Assembly: GCA_028534125.1 (NCBI GenBank) | Contig: CM052816.1 | Span: 39,868,001-39,932,000 of the forward strand | Source: Lama glama | Taxonomy: Eukaryota | DNA length: 64,000 nt | Direction of reading: 5' to 3' | Shown: piece after piece, positions 1 to 13,590 of the stretch | Layout: each line of letters opens with the position of its first letter | Numbering within the stretch: position 1 is the stretch's first letter | The notes under the pieces: model-generated | What the model was told of the DNA's origin: nothing | Database searches by the model: none | The model's input: only the letters and a program-made list of their open reading frames with translations | Made by a program: the position numbers and the translations under genes

Positions 1-47
1 TAGAGATTACATTGTCATTGGGAACATGCTGTGTATACATATACACA

Positions 48-347
48 CAGGTGCCAACTTTATTAAAAAAAATACAAAATACCGAGTTAAATTTTAATTT
101 CAGATAAACAACAAATAAATTTTGGTGTAAATATGTCCCAAATGCTGTATGGCTAAAGAATGTAAAATATATTGTATTTTAAATGTATGTTCCATATGTT
201 ACATATTTAAATGTACAGTTTAAATACGAGTTTTTGATAAACAACAAATAACATTTTTATTATTATTATGTCCCAGGCAGTATTTGGACATACTTATATC
301 TCAAAATCAAATTTAACTGGAATCTTGCTTTTTAGTTGGGAACCTTA
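48..347. mobile_element. MER53-like palindromic hAT MITE; composite of two partial copies (48-152 and 216-347)
   Basis: Matches the recalled MER53 pattern (agttaaattt.aatttcagataaacaac.aataa...tatgtccca...ggacatacttat...caaatttaactgg...ggaacctta). Arm 85-106 is an imperfect inverted repeat of 297-318. Confidence 0.75.
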
Positions 348-399
348 ACACTTAACACATATGCACACATAAACACACACAAACACAAACTATATTGGA

Positions 400-610
400 T
401 CATGACAAGTGTAGTGAAGAAAAATATGTTAGGTAATTAGAATAGGAAATAGTAGGGAAAAGGAACTGAAAATTTAGATAAGGTAGTTAGGGAAGACTTT
501 ACTGAGAAGATAGTATTTGAGCAAATATCTTAAGGAAGTGGCAGCAAACCAAGGAGATCTAGAAAAAGAACTTTTTAGGCAGAGGAAATGGCAAAGGCAA
601 GACAGTACAC
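400..610 (-). mobile_element. L2 LINE fragment
   Basis: Typical antisense L2 text: gtagttagggaagactttactgagaagatagtatttgagc...ttttaggcagaggaaatggcaaaggcaa. Confidence 0.55.
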
Positions 611-894
611 AAAGACTGTCAGTTTACATGAAATGGAAAGTGGAATGGAGAGCAGTATGATAACCAGGTTACAATAATAATAACTACCACTTGTGACATA
701 AGTGGGTCTTTGCTAATTTCTTAAGCCCAATTATAGGTAACAGATACATATATACTCTTTTCATTAAACTTTCTACAACCTAGATTGAATTAATGTTAAT
801 ATCAGGAAATACAGATGATGGTATATAGAGATAGAGAACCAAGGCAAAAACAATTCATGAGGCTAGCCATATGCCATCAGGTTTTAGTTTCAGA

Positions 895-1581
895 TCTGTA
901 TATAGTATTCCATTGTATGTGTGTGTGTGTGTGTGTGTGTATGTGTGTGTGTACAATGTATATATATACACACACATATACAATGTGTGTGTATATATAT
1001 ACACACACAATGTATATATACACGTGTGTGTGTGTGTGAGTGTGTGTGTATATACAATGTATATACCATATCTTCTTTATCCATTCGTAAACTGATGAAT
1101 ACTTAGGTTGCTTCCATATCTTGCTTATTGTAAATAATGCTATTATGAACATTGGGGTGCATATATCTTTTTGAATTAGTGTTTTCAACTTCTTTGGATT
1201 TATACCCAGGAGTGGAATTGCTGTATCATATGGTAGTTGTATTTTTAGTTTTTTGAGGAACCTCCATGCTGTTTTCCACAGTGGCTACACTAATTTACAT
1301 TCCCACCAGCACTGTACAAGGATTCTCTTTTCTCCATGTCCTCGCCGACATTTGTTATTTGTAGTCTTTTTGATGACAGTCTTTCTGACAGGTGTGAGGT
1401 GATATCTCATTGTAGTTTTGATTTGCATTTTCTGATGATTAGCAATGTTGAGCATCTTTATATGTGCCTGTTGGACATCTCTGTGTCTTCTTTGGGAAAA
1501 TGTCTCTTCAGGTCTTCTGCCCGTTTTTTAATTTGGTTGTTTGGGGTTTTTGTTTTTGTTTTTGTTTTTTGATATTGAGTT
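895..1581 (-). mobile_element. L1 fragment covering the ORF2 C-terminus
   Basis: Minus-strand translation [28 protein letters not shown]...WIKKIWYI and, after the microsatellite, TMEYY. This is the conserved L1 ORF2p C-terminal region. Confidence 0.92.
916..1064. repeat. Compound (TG)n/(TA)n/(CA)n microsatellite inside L1
   Basis: Directly visible dinucleotide runs; source of the CVCV/HTHT pseudo-ORFs. Confidence 0.95.
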
Positions 1582-4500
1582 AACACCTAATATCTTAATG
1601 GAACATTCTTGAAGGTCTTCCATATCCTCCATAGCCCACAGTCAAGTAGGGAACCACAAGCAAACAGAGAAGACCCTAATAGAAGAGGCATACATGACAA
1701 TGATTTAATCATAAAGAACTCTACTAATGCTTACAAATAAGGCTGTTGAGCAGAAGTGGATCCTATAATGTCCTAAAAGAACTGAAGTGATGACTTAAGT
1801 GACTTACTCCAAGCTTTAAGTTATTTACTGTAGAATTTAGCTGATTAGATCATTTAAATTTTAAAGTCTGAGTTTTAGTGATGTTAATGTATTGATATAT
1901 AAATTTGCCACTAAAATTTTTCATATGGAATCTTCCAGGCAAGAAAATCAGTCTACATATTACAGACATATATAACTTTGATAAACTATGTAAATTACAT
2001 GCAGCACTCCAAAAATAACCTACCCTTTTCATGAATATACAGAGAGAATAAAAGCTACTCTCCATAAATACTGAACTAGTGAAATCTTGAAGTATTTTGA
2101 ACTTCATGTATACAGTTTTAATATAACTGGACTTTTTCCAGGCCAAGAGATATAATAATTTCTATATGTGAAACATTGACACCCATCTTGAGGGTACACA
2201 GCATAGGAGTAGTCATTCAAGGACAGATTTAGATACAGCCATTTCTTGTGGGTGCTAGAGATGAATCTCATGCAGGCAGGTTTCATTAAAATCCTGACAA
2301 AAGAATATTGTCATCCTGAGACAAAGAGCTACAGTTAGGAAATAATGACGTTTCTGTCACTTATTTAGTTAAAAATTTCCTAGTTAATAAAAGAACATTT
2401 TAAAGAGAGAGGTTATTTTTCAGAATTATGAAGTCAGTGTTGTAAATAACAAAAGTATATATTAATTTAAAATTGTTTTAATGCCCTCTAATCCTCAAAA
2501 ACTTTCAAATGACTCAATGAATTAAGTAGCTTCTTCATACTCGGAACACAAATACATAAACATATTCCATATGAGTAGGCTGGTGGATATGTGCTAAATG
2601 GTTTAAGTGTTTGATATAAATTAGTCAGTAAGTTTATACAAAGCAACTCAATATATACACTTATGAAACTCATTGGGATTTTAGCACTGGGTTTTCCCTT
2701 GGTACCTTAAGTGTGTGCATGTTGTTTTGGGATGTGAAAAAAAAAATGCTTTCTTTCTTTTTTTTTTTTTAATGTCTTTTCAAGAAAAAGACATATAGTG
2801 TCATGGAGAATGAACAAGGAAAGAATAAACAGATTATTTGTACTCTCTTTTGAAACATTAATAAATGCTGTTCTTAGGAAACTTCTTTTAAGTAATTAAT
2901 GAGAATCTACAACTTTTTTTCCTGCAATTTTGATGATTTTTTTATGGCTACTAGAAGGTGGGTCCAGACATACCCAGCAGAGTTCCATGGCTCATTATAT
3001 AATCTTCCCACAAATATTTGTTGAGTGTTTCCTGTCGAGAAAGAAAAGTAAGACAGGAAGAGGAATTTAGAATTTCTTGAAAGTGTACAATTGTATAGAT
3101 ACTTAAGTTTAAACAGATGCTAATATCAAACAAGATAATTGCTCTAAAGCTATGAGAACCCATTAGTATGCCTTGCATGTAGATGGTACCACTGGAGCAA
3201 AGGAGAGAGGAAGAAAGCAATGAATTTATGAGAAAAAATCCTATAGTTTTGGATTTAAACAAGTGTCTGAGATTACTTTCATTTGACAAGTTTAAAACTT
3301 ATCCATGCTATATGAATTGAGAGCTCTAGCAGTCTGGATCTGTCTAATCGAAAGTAGAAATCATACACAAGACTAAACAGGGGAAATTTAATACAAAGGT
3401 ATGTAAATTATGGTTTAATAAGTAAATGATTGTCTATTGAAAGAGATTCTGGAGTAATGTGTTTATTTGCAAAAAATGTTTCTAGAGCTACTCCTCAAAC
3501 TTTAAAATAAATTCATTTCTCCCCTAAGGATGTGGTAAAAAGCAAATGAAATAGTGTAGGTAAAAACATTTGAAAGCATTAAAATGTTAACAACACTGAG
3601 ATTTCATTGAAATAATGGATCAAAGTGGTCACTTAAGTTCTTCATCAAAGTAAGTAAATGCCTAAATGCCTCAAATCCTTCCGCCTGTCAGGTAAGAGTG
3701 AGAAGAGGGATACCAAAAATAATGGCTTCAGAATTTCTTGCCTGTGCATTGGCTAAGTGTTCTCCCAGAGCATTGTGTTTTCATAGAAGAGATGCGGATG
3801 CAACTCTGCTGTTGGGGATGAGGGATTAATGTGCAGGAAGGAGGAGCCTGTGGGAGGTATGCTCACTTGTACGTTGCCTATCTGGCCTCTGGTCGGTTTA
3901 CGTGAACTTTAACAAACTGGTCTACAGACTTTTACTCTCCTTTGCTACTTGGCAAAGTAAAAAAGAAATTGTGGTTCCAAGGTGTGCTAGTTATTTGACA
4001 TAGCACTGTGGTAATTTGTCATTTAGCTCTGGCAGTGATCAGCTTATTCCTGGAAACATAAGGATTCATAACTGTAATAATTTTTCCCAATCACTTCAAA
4101 ACCTGTTAGAAGCACACGATGGGTCATCAACGTCATACACCTCATCAGCCCTGAAAGTAGGAGAATTAGTCATTTCATGACAGCTAGTCATGTCTTTCCT
4201 GCTGGCTAGTTTTTCATGTAGTGTTAAAATTTAATTTTTTCAATTGCTTTTGAATATATCATCCAAAGGAAAGTCTTATTTTTAGTTCTTTGATATTTCC
4301 GATTTTTAAATATGTGTACGTTATTCTGTACCTCTTCACGTTTTCATAGTTAGAACTTAACCTTCTTTCATTAATGCGATTATTCTTATCTGGGCCTTCG
4401 TTACATTAGTTTCGTTCCATTTAATTCACTGCACTTAATCTCCCTAATTATTACAGAAAAAAGAGTAAATTTCTTAGGTAAATTGTCAAATTGTTCACAA

Positions 4501-5699
4501 GCTTTATTTGATTGCTTTAAACTTTAAGGAACATTTTTTTCTGAAACGCTAATTATCGGTTTACCTTCCATCTACCAACCATAGTTTAGAACATTATTTT
4601 GAGAAAATTTAAAATAGTAATCTATGACACTGATTCTGAGACTTCATGGAACCAGGCAGTAGTTTCTATAGGATACAATATATCTTATCTTTCATGCTCA
4701 TAAATAATTTAAGTTGCTTTTTAAAATAATTATTTTTATAATAATTGATTAGACTGTTTTATTCAAAACTAAATTTCTCATTGATAAATATTTCTGTTTT
4801 TTGTATTGGAAGAGCATTTGTAATTTTCAATTTTAAAGTGTTTATTCATAGAAGTTTATCCTAGCACATTTTCTTAGATACTACTTTGTCTTATGTGATC
4901 ATTTTTCTCTACTCACTAAGCACAGAAAGGCGAAACTTAATCTTTTATCAACTTTACTCTGGAAAGACATTCTAACTCTGATTGTCTTGTGTCATTTTAA
5001 ATACTATTACTGATGTGTACTGACACCTTGGTTAATAGCATGAATACGACAATAAACACAAATACTGTATTTATTACAGAACCCACCATCAAAAATAAGG
5101 ATAAAACATACTTCCCGTGGTAGCACAGTTTTGATACAAGTGGCCGATGGCTAATGAAATAATGTGTTAAAATTGAAAGCAAAATACTTGTATATGTGCA
5201 TGCATGTATGTAGGGGTATGTACCTATGTGTATACATGTGTGTAGTTTGAGTTATTTTCTGGAAGCAGTTCTACTAAACAAACTGTGTATAAAAATTTAA
5301 CACATTTTCTCACCCAGTTTTAAAAATATTATTAACAGATGTATGCATCTGCTCTATATGTGTGAATTACTGTTTGAAAATTGTTTAAATCATTTTAATG
5401 AGGAGCCCAACACAAGTGGTAAAATTGGTGTGCATATAATTGACGCTACTTTGACCTGTCAGTTTTTGAATCTGTTTCCACAGAGTGAAGATTCTACTGA
5501 TATGCTTTATTATCATTATATTGGCAGATAACTTTAAGTGAATGAGTAGTCATTAAATCAGAGATGACTGTGCACCTCCACTACAATGTCACCTTTTGGC
5601 CATAGACTAATGTTTAAGACTTAGAGATGGTAATTCCCTATATGAATTTTTAAATTATTGAAGATATTTTATATAATTTGTAATATCCTGATAAGGTTC

Positions 5700-6345
5700 T
5701 TTTTGTTTTGTTTTAATTAACTGATGTCCATACTCTTCAGTTTTCCGTAGGTTTTACCTCACACTCTTTTTATTTTGGAGGATTCCACTCAGGATAGCAC
5801 ATTCTGTTTAGTTGTCATGTGTCGTTAGGCTCCTGTTGGTTTTGACAGTGTCTCAGACTTCCCTTGCTTTGGATGATCTTGAAAGCTTAAGGAGCATTGA
5901 CCAGGTATTTTCTAGATTGGAATTTGCCTGATATTTTCTTCAGATTAAACTGTGATACGGGTTTTGAGAGGAGGAGCACAGAGGTCAGGTGCCATTCTCA
6001 TCACAGCCTATCAAGGGTACACACTATCAATAAAACTTAGCACTGATGATGTTGACCTGGATGATCTGAGTGAGGCAGTATTACGTCAGGTTTTCCATGA
6101 TAAAATTACTCTCCTTTCCTCCCCACTGCAACACTGTACTCTTTGGAAGGAGGTTGCTTTGAACAACCACACTTTACCGATGAGGAGTTGTTCTACCTCC
6201 TTCAGTATGGAGTATATATATAAATTATTTGGAATTCTTACTCATGGGGAAATGAGTCTTTCCTCCTCCATTTATTAATTGTATCAATAATTTTTAATAA
6301 TTATATCAATAATCAATTTTTTATCAGAACTGATTCACACTACTT
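5700..6345 (-). mobile_element. Old L1 3' UTR (L1MC-like)
   Basis: Antisense L1MC-type motifs: tttagttgtcatgtgtcgttaggctcc, tctcagacttcccttgctttggatga, gtgccattctcatcaca, actgatgatgttgacctggat. Confidence 0.8.
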
Positions 6346-8659
6346 GAGGTTTTTTATTAAGTATGACTAAGTTCCTATGGACATGAATGCTTTCTGGTGG
6401 AATTCACTCAAAGTAGAAAAATGCATATTGATTCACAGTTTCTATACTTGGTTACTGCAAATAGTATGAGAAGTGCTATCTCAAAGAACCACGTAAGTTA
6501 AAGTTTTTCTGATTCACTTGGTCACTGGACGATTTGTCCATAGAATCAGTTTGTCCACCGCCGCCTCAGCTGAATTTGCTAACCACCATTCAGTTCATCC
6601 TTGGCCTTCCACAGATTCCAAATTCAGAATTTTATTTCTTTTTCTCAAGGTTTTTAATTCTCTGTGACTCAGGAAAAAGTCAGTTTTCCTGTTTTCTGTC
6701 ATTACTACTCACTGAATGATTTCTCGGGACTTTCTTGCTAGTATTATTGATAAAGGCTATTTTTTTCTTTAATCATCTTTTAATATGGGGTTCTGATCAG
6801 TATGTCCAGGTGGATTTTATTTCTGTTTCTCACAAGTCTCCTCTTCCACTTCGAAAACTTCTGATTTCATGTTGGCCGTTTTCATTCCTTTAATTTTCTA
6901 GCAGTAATTACGAGGTTTAAGTTTTATCTCTCTGATCCCCGCCAGCAGCTGTTTCAGGATTGCCCTTCTTTGACTTCTTTATGCTTATGAGACCTTTGAA
7001 GTCCTTTGCTTTCTAATTCTTTCTGAATATCGTTGAACTTATGTGTTAAAAGTGAATTACTTATTGTGATAGTCACCTTGATTTCTCCTTTGAACTTTCA
7101 AAGCTCTGTTTTTCCAATCTTTTCACTAGTAACTTAAATTTAAATTATTTTACCCCTATTACCACTTACCTAATACAAGCACATTAAATGTTAGTTATTT
7201 GCTCAGTATAAAAGATGACTTTTTTCTACTAAATTTACTGTCTTTCACCAAGATTATAAATCTGCATTGGTCATATTGAATTTATTGCTTTGACAATTAG
7301 TACTACATCATAGTGCATTGTGTGATATTATAAACAGCTGCATCTCTAACAAATGGAAGGGAAATATTTTAATCAGAATATATATTGTATATAATACTTT
7401 ATTTGAGAATATATTTATAACTGGACAAATTCATTTTATATGTGCATTATAATATATAAAATATTTTAGAATTCATCATTTTACATTTTGGGATATACCT
7501 TTTTGCACTTGGTCTCCCAGATACATACTCATTGTCTACAAAGAATTAATTATACTATTTGTGCCAAATCATCTTTTGTTTCTGCTGTAGTAATAGTTAC
7601 ATTTTATACTGCATCTTTTGGGTTCAAATATACAGAACAGTGAAAAAAGTAAATAAACTTAACTGGTTCATATAGTTGCAAATATTTTCAATATGAAATA
7701 TTAACAATAGTATTAGTTCTGGATTGTTTAGGGTAACACTTGTCAGTATTGGAAATTAAATTTATATTTTTGTTTACCACTCATTGTATTATCTTTTACA
7801 TATCTGCTGCATTAATTTTAACATCTTCCTTATTGTCCTTCTCTCGATATATGTATATCAGCAATTAAAGCAACAAAAAATTTCACCTTATGTATATGTA
7901 TCTCCAAACTATGATCAAACAAAGCTAACATCCATGGAGTATTGCTCTTTCCTCATTGGTTAGTCTTAAACATGATAAGGAGTATTGTACCATTTTAATG
8001 ATATAGAAACTTCAAACATATCTTTAAAGGCAACAGATGTAATTTTATTTTGCTTATCCATCATGTTTAAAGGAAGAAAGTTGCTGTCTAAGTGTGTATT
8101 TCCAAGAAGCCTTAGGAACTCCCACTAATGCTAATGATTGTTAATGTTTACAAGAGTGCTGAGGATAGCATTAAAAATGATTCTATAGTAAAATCATTTT
8201 TATCTCTGAATTGTATAAACAATAAACATGAAATGATATTTACTGATTCTTTATACCAGAAAAACTGTGCATTATATTTTCTCAAGGATGTCACTGAAAT
8301 AATTTACAAACTTTTATTTATTATATTCCTTAAATGATTATTTAGCCAAATATTCATCTTTTCATTATTTCATTAATAAAGTCCTCCTATGTGCAAAGCA
8401 GTCTCCATAGTTCTATAAAAAATAAATGTGTATAAAAAGAAAATTTTTTTCAATTTTTAAATAATTACCATATTTCATGTATTAATTACTATATGACTTC
8501 ACAAAAACTATATTATTAAAATAAATTAACAGCCTTGTAAATGTATATTGTTAAACCAGGAACAGATAAGTTATCTTATGGAAGTTATGAAATTAGTGAG
8601 TGACACCACAGAAATTTGAATCCATATATTCTCTCAATATACAAATGTAATGATGATGA

Positions 8660-8860
8660 TTATTTTCCTCATTTATTAACTCTATTGTCCAGGTATGCCA
8701 GGTGTCTTACATATAACCCTTTGTTTGCTGCCTTCACAATATCTTAGATTTAAGGTCATTATAGGTGAAATAATTGGGCCTCAAAGAATTAGGTAACTTA
8801 CTGGATATGTTTGATTTGGAATTTAGACTCAGATTTGCCCAAGCCCAAACCATATGCTAT
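8660..8860 (-). mobile_element. MIR SINE remnant
   Basis: Degenerate antisense MIR core (ataggtgaaataattgggcctcaaagaattaggtaactta...gaatttagactcag). Confidence 0.45.
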
Positions 8861-11559
8861 CAGCTTTCATGGCCTATAACTCAAATCTGCTACATTCTAG
8901 AATGTGGGAAATTCCAGATAGTTTGTTTGTTCTGTGCAGCTCAGAGGAGGGATTTCCTTGCTCAGTGTAAGTATTAAGGGAGGGTATAACTAAATTACCT
9001 TGAGGGTGCTAAAAGATTAAGATACAGCAAGTGTAAAATGACCTGAACATAATGAAACTCTCCATGGGAAAGGGACAGTCAAAGCAACTGTATGTTGTCA
9101 AACTATGAGAGTTGACAAATTTAGACATTTACTTAGAAAAGTATCTCAGATGATCCTGCTTAATTCCAATTGTGTAGTAGTGTGAGTGCCAGCCACCTTC
9201 CAACAGAAAGGAATGTGTTTAACTGTATAACTGATTGAAATATATTAGATAAAGGTAGGTTCAAATGATTTATGCAGGATGTTATATAGACTGCCATTAT
9301 CACTTTATCAGTTAATGTCTTTCAGATGTCTAGTTTGTTTATTTACTTGTTTTTTAAATTAACAGTTGATGTGGAAGTTGATATGTTAAGGGCAAATATA
9401 GTTTGGGAGAAATAAAGCTTTTCCTTAGTTGCCATGATTTAATAGCTCATAAATTAGATAAGAAAAATCTATCATATATCCATCTTTGAGCCTCAGTTTT
9501 CCTATCTTCCCATCACACCTACATTTTCATGACAGTTTTCACAAAGTATCTTTAAGGATTAAGAAGACAGTGCATGTCATCTGGGTATATCATTATCTAT
9601 ATCCCAAGTGTCTGTATTAGGATTTTTTTTAGGAAGGTGGTTTAAGGAATTGAGAACTGAGGTAACATATCTTTATTGGCAGAATAGAGATAAGAAATTG
9701 ATATATTTTGAGTATTCCCTTCAATAAGAATGCATTATTTAAATAGAGTAACTGTGGCATTCTCAAGGTGATGTAGATGGAAATTTGAAGTCATTAGAGA
9801 AGACTTTATGAAATAGGTTATTAATGATGATATACTTATTATATAATGTTGGCTAATAGGGACAGAGGTATAGGCAGAGTAAATTAAAATAAAAGATCTG
9901 TTTTTGGTGGACAGGAAATATAACCCAGCAAATGAAAGTAGGCTAAGAGCTACCAGGTACCTCGCACGTAAAGGCTGTCTCCATCGCAGATCCACTGAAA
10001 GCCCAAACCACAGCTCAAGGGCAAAGGCGTGGCAGGTTGGATGTAATGCACGTATTGAAATATGGCCCAGACGCAAAACGCTTAGATCTGAAACATGCTA
10101 CATGGTCATTGTGGGAGATCATTGAATATGGTGAACTCAGCCGCTTCTTTGTTATACCTTATACCCTACCCTTGCATTAGCTCTTCTCTCCTGAAGGGAG
10201 CTAAGCTCAATAGAACAAAACTTTCTTTTCAAAACTGGGGCCAATTCTAACGTTCAGAGATGTGAAAACCACACTCACTGGCTGGCTGTGCAGGAAGAGC
10301 CATAAATGGAGCTACGAAGCCTGACACTACACATCTCTCAAAGTCTTGGACCCTGATTTCTTTATTTGTGAATATAAATTTATAATAATATCTACCTAAT
10401 TTTCATATTTATTCTCATTTGTGGTCTGGATTGAATTGATTTCTACAGGTAAATCACTGAAGTCTGATTGGTATTAAAAATTGTTCTTACTATCCATTAA
10501 AGCTGTTACGGAGCAAGGAAACCTGTAGGCATCCAAAAATAATTTGACATTTTGGTCATGGGAGGTCAACCCATTCTTGCCTTGTCTAAAGATAGTAAGT
10601 ACTTTGGAAGGATTTTTATATGCACTAAATTCGAGGTAGCATTATTCCTCAATATTCTAGATGAGCTGAAGTAACTTGGCTTAGATTACAGAGCTAGGAA
10701 AATGGAAGAGATATTGAAAGTTAGCCTATCAGAGAGAGACCCTGAGTTCTGGATAAAGATGAACCTATCATTGGAAAAAAGAAAAGAAGCAGAGGGTGTT
10801 TGTGTTGGGAGTGTAAAAAGTGCTCATGATGATAGTCACATGGAACCAACGGATTTAATAACCATCTCCTACAATGCCTTTTTCTAACATACTGTCTTTG
10901 AACCATTGAGCCCAGGGTTTAAATTACCTTGTAAGTGTCTGAAAAGTGTATCATTTTGAGGAAAATAAATGTATCGTAACTCTCTCTGGACTTGCTTCTT
11001 ATCTAGTGAATAGGAAATACAGACAGCTAAGTTCTGCATAAAATGAGGAGATAAAGGAATGTATTTTACTGTCTATGAAGGGCAAATGTACTCTGCTAAA
11101 TTGAACATCTTCTTATGGTCTAAAGGGTGTTTAAAAATCCATAGGAGGCCTAGAGAAACATTATATGTAAAATACCAAATGTGGCTAACTCCTAATGTAT
11201 ATTCTAGGTAATATTTTCTTATGATGAGAAAAATGATTGTCTCCCAAGGAATTTTAAGAAGAAATCCAGAATTCTCAATTGCAAAAGGTAAATGAATTTT
11301 CTCACATGAGAAAATTTTGGCCAGTTATGTATGGCATGCTCCCACAGTGCATCCCTTCTGGCACAATCATTTTGTACTCTTCACTGGACCACTTTATTTT
11401 ATGGTATTTATATAGTTTCAAATTATTCTCTTCTTCGAGCAATTTATGGATACTTTAAGCACTTTGCCAAAAGAAAGGCTATTGAGAGGACAGTAAGATA
11501 AAACAAATAAATATACATATTGATGTTAAATAAGGGACCAAAAAAGATAAAACAGAGCA

Positions 11560-11815
11560 TACAAACATTTTTACTAAGAATTGTGTGTCAGGCACTGTAC
11601 TATTATTATATGTACATACATATGAGATACATATATTTCTATCTCTGTTTCTGTTATCGCAATTATATGACATTATTTTACCTCTGAACAATCCTATCCC
11701 TAAACTCAGGAAGATGAATAACTTGCTCAAGATTTCAGAGCTAGTAATTATTGGATAAAGACATGTAATCCAGATGTCTCTGGTTACAAATCTCATGATA
11801 TCTCCACTGTATTAT
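11560..11815 (-). mobile_element. MIR SINE remnant
   Basis: tgtgtgtcaggcactgtact...ataacttgctcaagatttcagagctagtaa...atccagatgtctctggttacaaatctcatg resembles antisense MIR. Confidence 0.6.
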
Positions 11816-11859
11816 CTTGTATCTGGAAATTAAAATATTTAATAGTGAAAGTAAACTTT

Positions 11860-12350
11860 CAATTACATATTATGGAGACATTCAAGTTTCATCACTTACT
11901 CCTGAATTATTTCATGAGCTTTCTATTCACCTATCCTAGCTCTAGTCTCTTTTTCTTTAGAATATTCCACCTAGTGCCACCAGAATAATCATAAATATGG
12001 CTTAGTAAAATTCGTTAAAAGCACTTAAGCACAAATTTATCTCTCAAACATCTTTTATGCCTCTCTTGTTTTATCTGCAGAGGTGCACATTCCTTCACTG
12101 GATCCTAAAGAATTCACATCATCCCGCTCACACTGTATTTCCCTGTTGAAACTCCTTTTGCTTTCATGGATCATGTTTTATCCAAATTGGTCTCTTGATT
12201 GGCACTAACTCATGCCTTGTACTTATATGCCTTTGTGTTTTACTTCCAACAATTCCTTGGATAGGTTTTAGTCTCTCATGCATCTTTTAATTATATTCAT
12301 ACTGTAGACATAGTTCAAGTTCCACCTTCTCCAATCCAGACTAATATCTT
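11860..12350 (+). mobile_element. L2 LINE remnant
   Basis: Degenerate L2-like text (tcatcacttactcctgaattatttcatgagc...ttccacctagtgccaccagaataatc). Confidence 0.4.
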
Positions 12351-13552
12351 TCTTATTTACACCCTAATTTCATGGTCTACACCATTCAGCTACCTAAATG
12401 TTCTCAAAAGTATTGTTGACAACGCCACGATAAAGGAAGGCTCTGTCATCTTTCTGGAACTGCACTTGGGCTTTTCTATTACTGGTTCCCTGGGATCCTT
12501 CCCAGTACATTTCTTAAATTCTTTTCTGTTTCTCTTAACCACAGGCTCCAGAAATTGGTTGGAATATTTTTTCCTTTGCTAGCTAACTGCTCACCAGATG
12601 TCTTCTCTCACCGATGTGCAAGAGACTTTCATAAGACATGACCATTTGTGTAACTCAAATATGAAGCTCCAAAGACATTCTTGGGTTCTTTAATTTTAGA
12701 GTTTATATTAATATTTATAGGAAAAATAATAAAAAAAAATAAAGTGGCATTTATTGTAGATTCCTGATACATGAAAGACTTATGAGACCCAATAGAAATC
12801 CTTTCATTTACAGCCACAATATAGTGTATAAATTATCACCTCTAACTCCTCCTGAAGCTCGAAGTGCTGTCGAGAATACATGGCAGACTCTGTCTGCTAT
12901 AGACCTAACCCATCATTGAATTTAACATGTGAAACAGTGTCTAAATAGAAGCCATTGTTTTCTTAGATCATGATGAACTCTAGTATGTAGTATTCCTTTA
13001 GGGGTAAATTCCCCCAGGAAACTAATATTTATATATGTTGACATTTAGCATTTCATTAATGATAAGAGAAAAATGGTGAATCTAAACAATGGTTGGCTTA
13101 GAGACCCATGCTCAACACAAGGTTGCTCAAAAGTAAGCAATAAGCAGCAAAAATGGTTGCAAAGAAAACCATCTTATACATGGTGAGTAGAACCATCTAT
13201 GGTTTTCTATTCACTTCAAGCTGAAAATAAAGAAAGTTCATAATTTTTAAACCAAAACAAGCCACCCCACACCAAATCATGGAGGCTTAAAATATTTACA
13301 TATTATACTTACATATCTACTTTTTATTCTATACAACTCATTGATCCTAAAGCCTTTTATGGTCCTCTTTCTTAATATAATCTCTATTTAAAATGTCCTT
13401 TTTTATGTCCACCACATGGAAACCACTGTGGTGCAGGTGCTATCACTTCTATCCTAACCACCAAAGTTATTTCTTCGTTCATCCAACTCAGTCCTGCATT
13501 TTGCAGCCAATTAGACTGTAGTAAAACATTACTTTCTTCATGTCATTGTCTT

Positions 13553-13590
13553 ACAGACACACACACACACACACGCAAACACACACACAC
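13553..13590. repeat. (CA)n microsatellite
   Basis: Visible interrupted CA run. Confidence 0.9.

Noticed and set aside
815..1188. Five overlapping ORFs rich in CV/HT/YI
   Set aside because: Translations of the TG/TA/CA microsatellite and the L1 ORF2 end.
9735..10125. 113-aa and 73-aa overlapping ORFs in a slightly CpG-richer patch
   Set aside because: No recognisable domain, no convincing splice sites; length compatible with chance.
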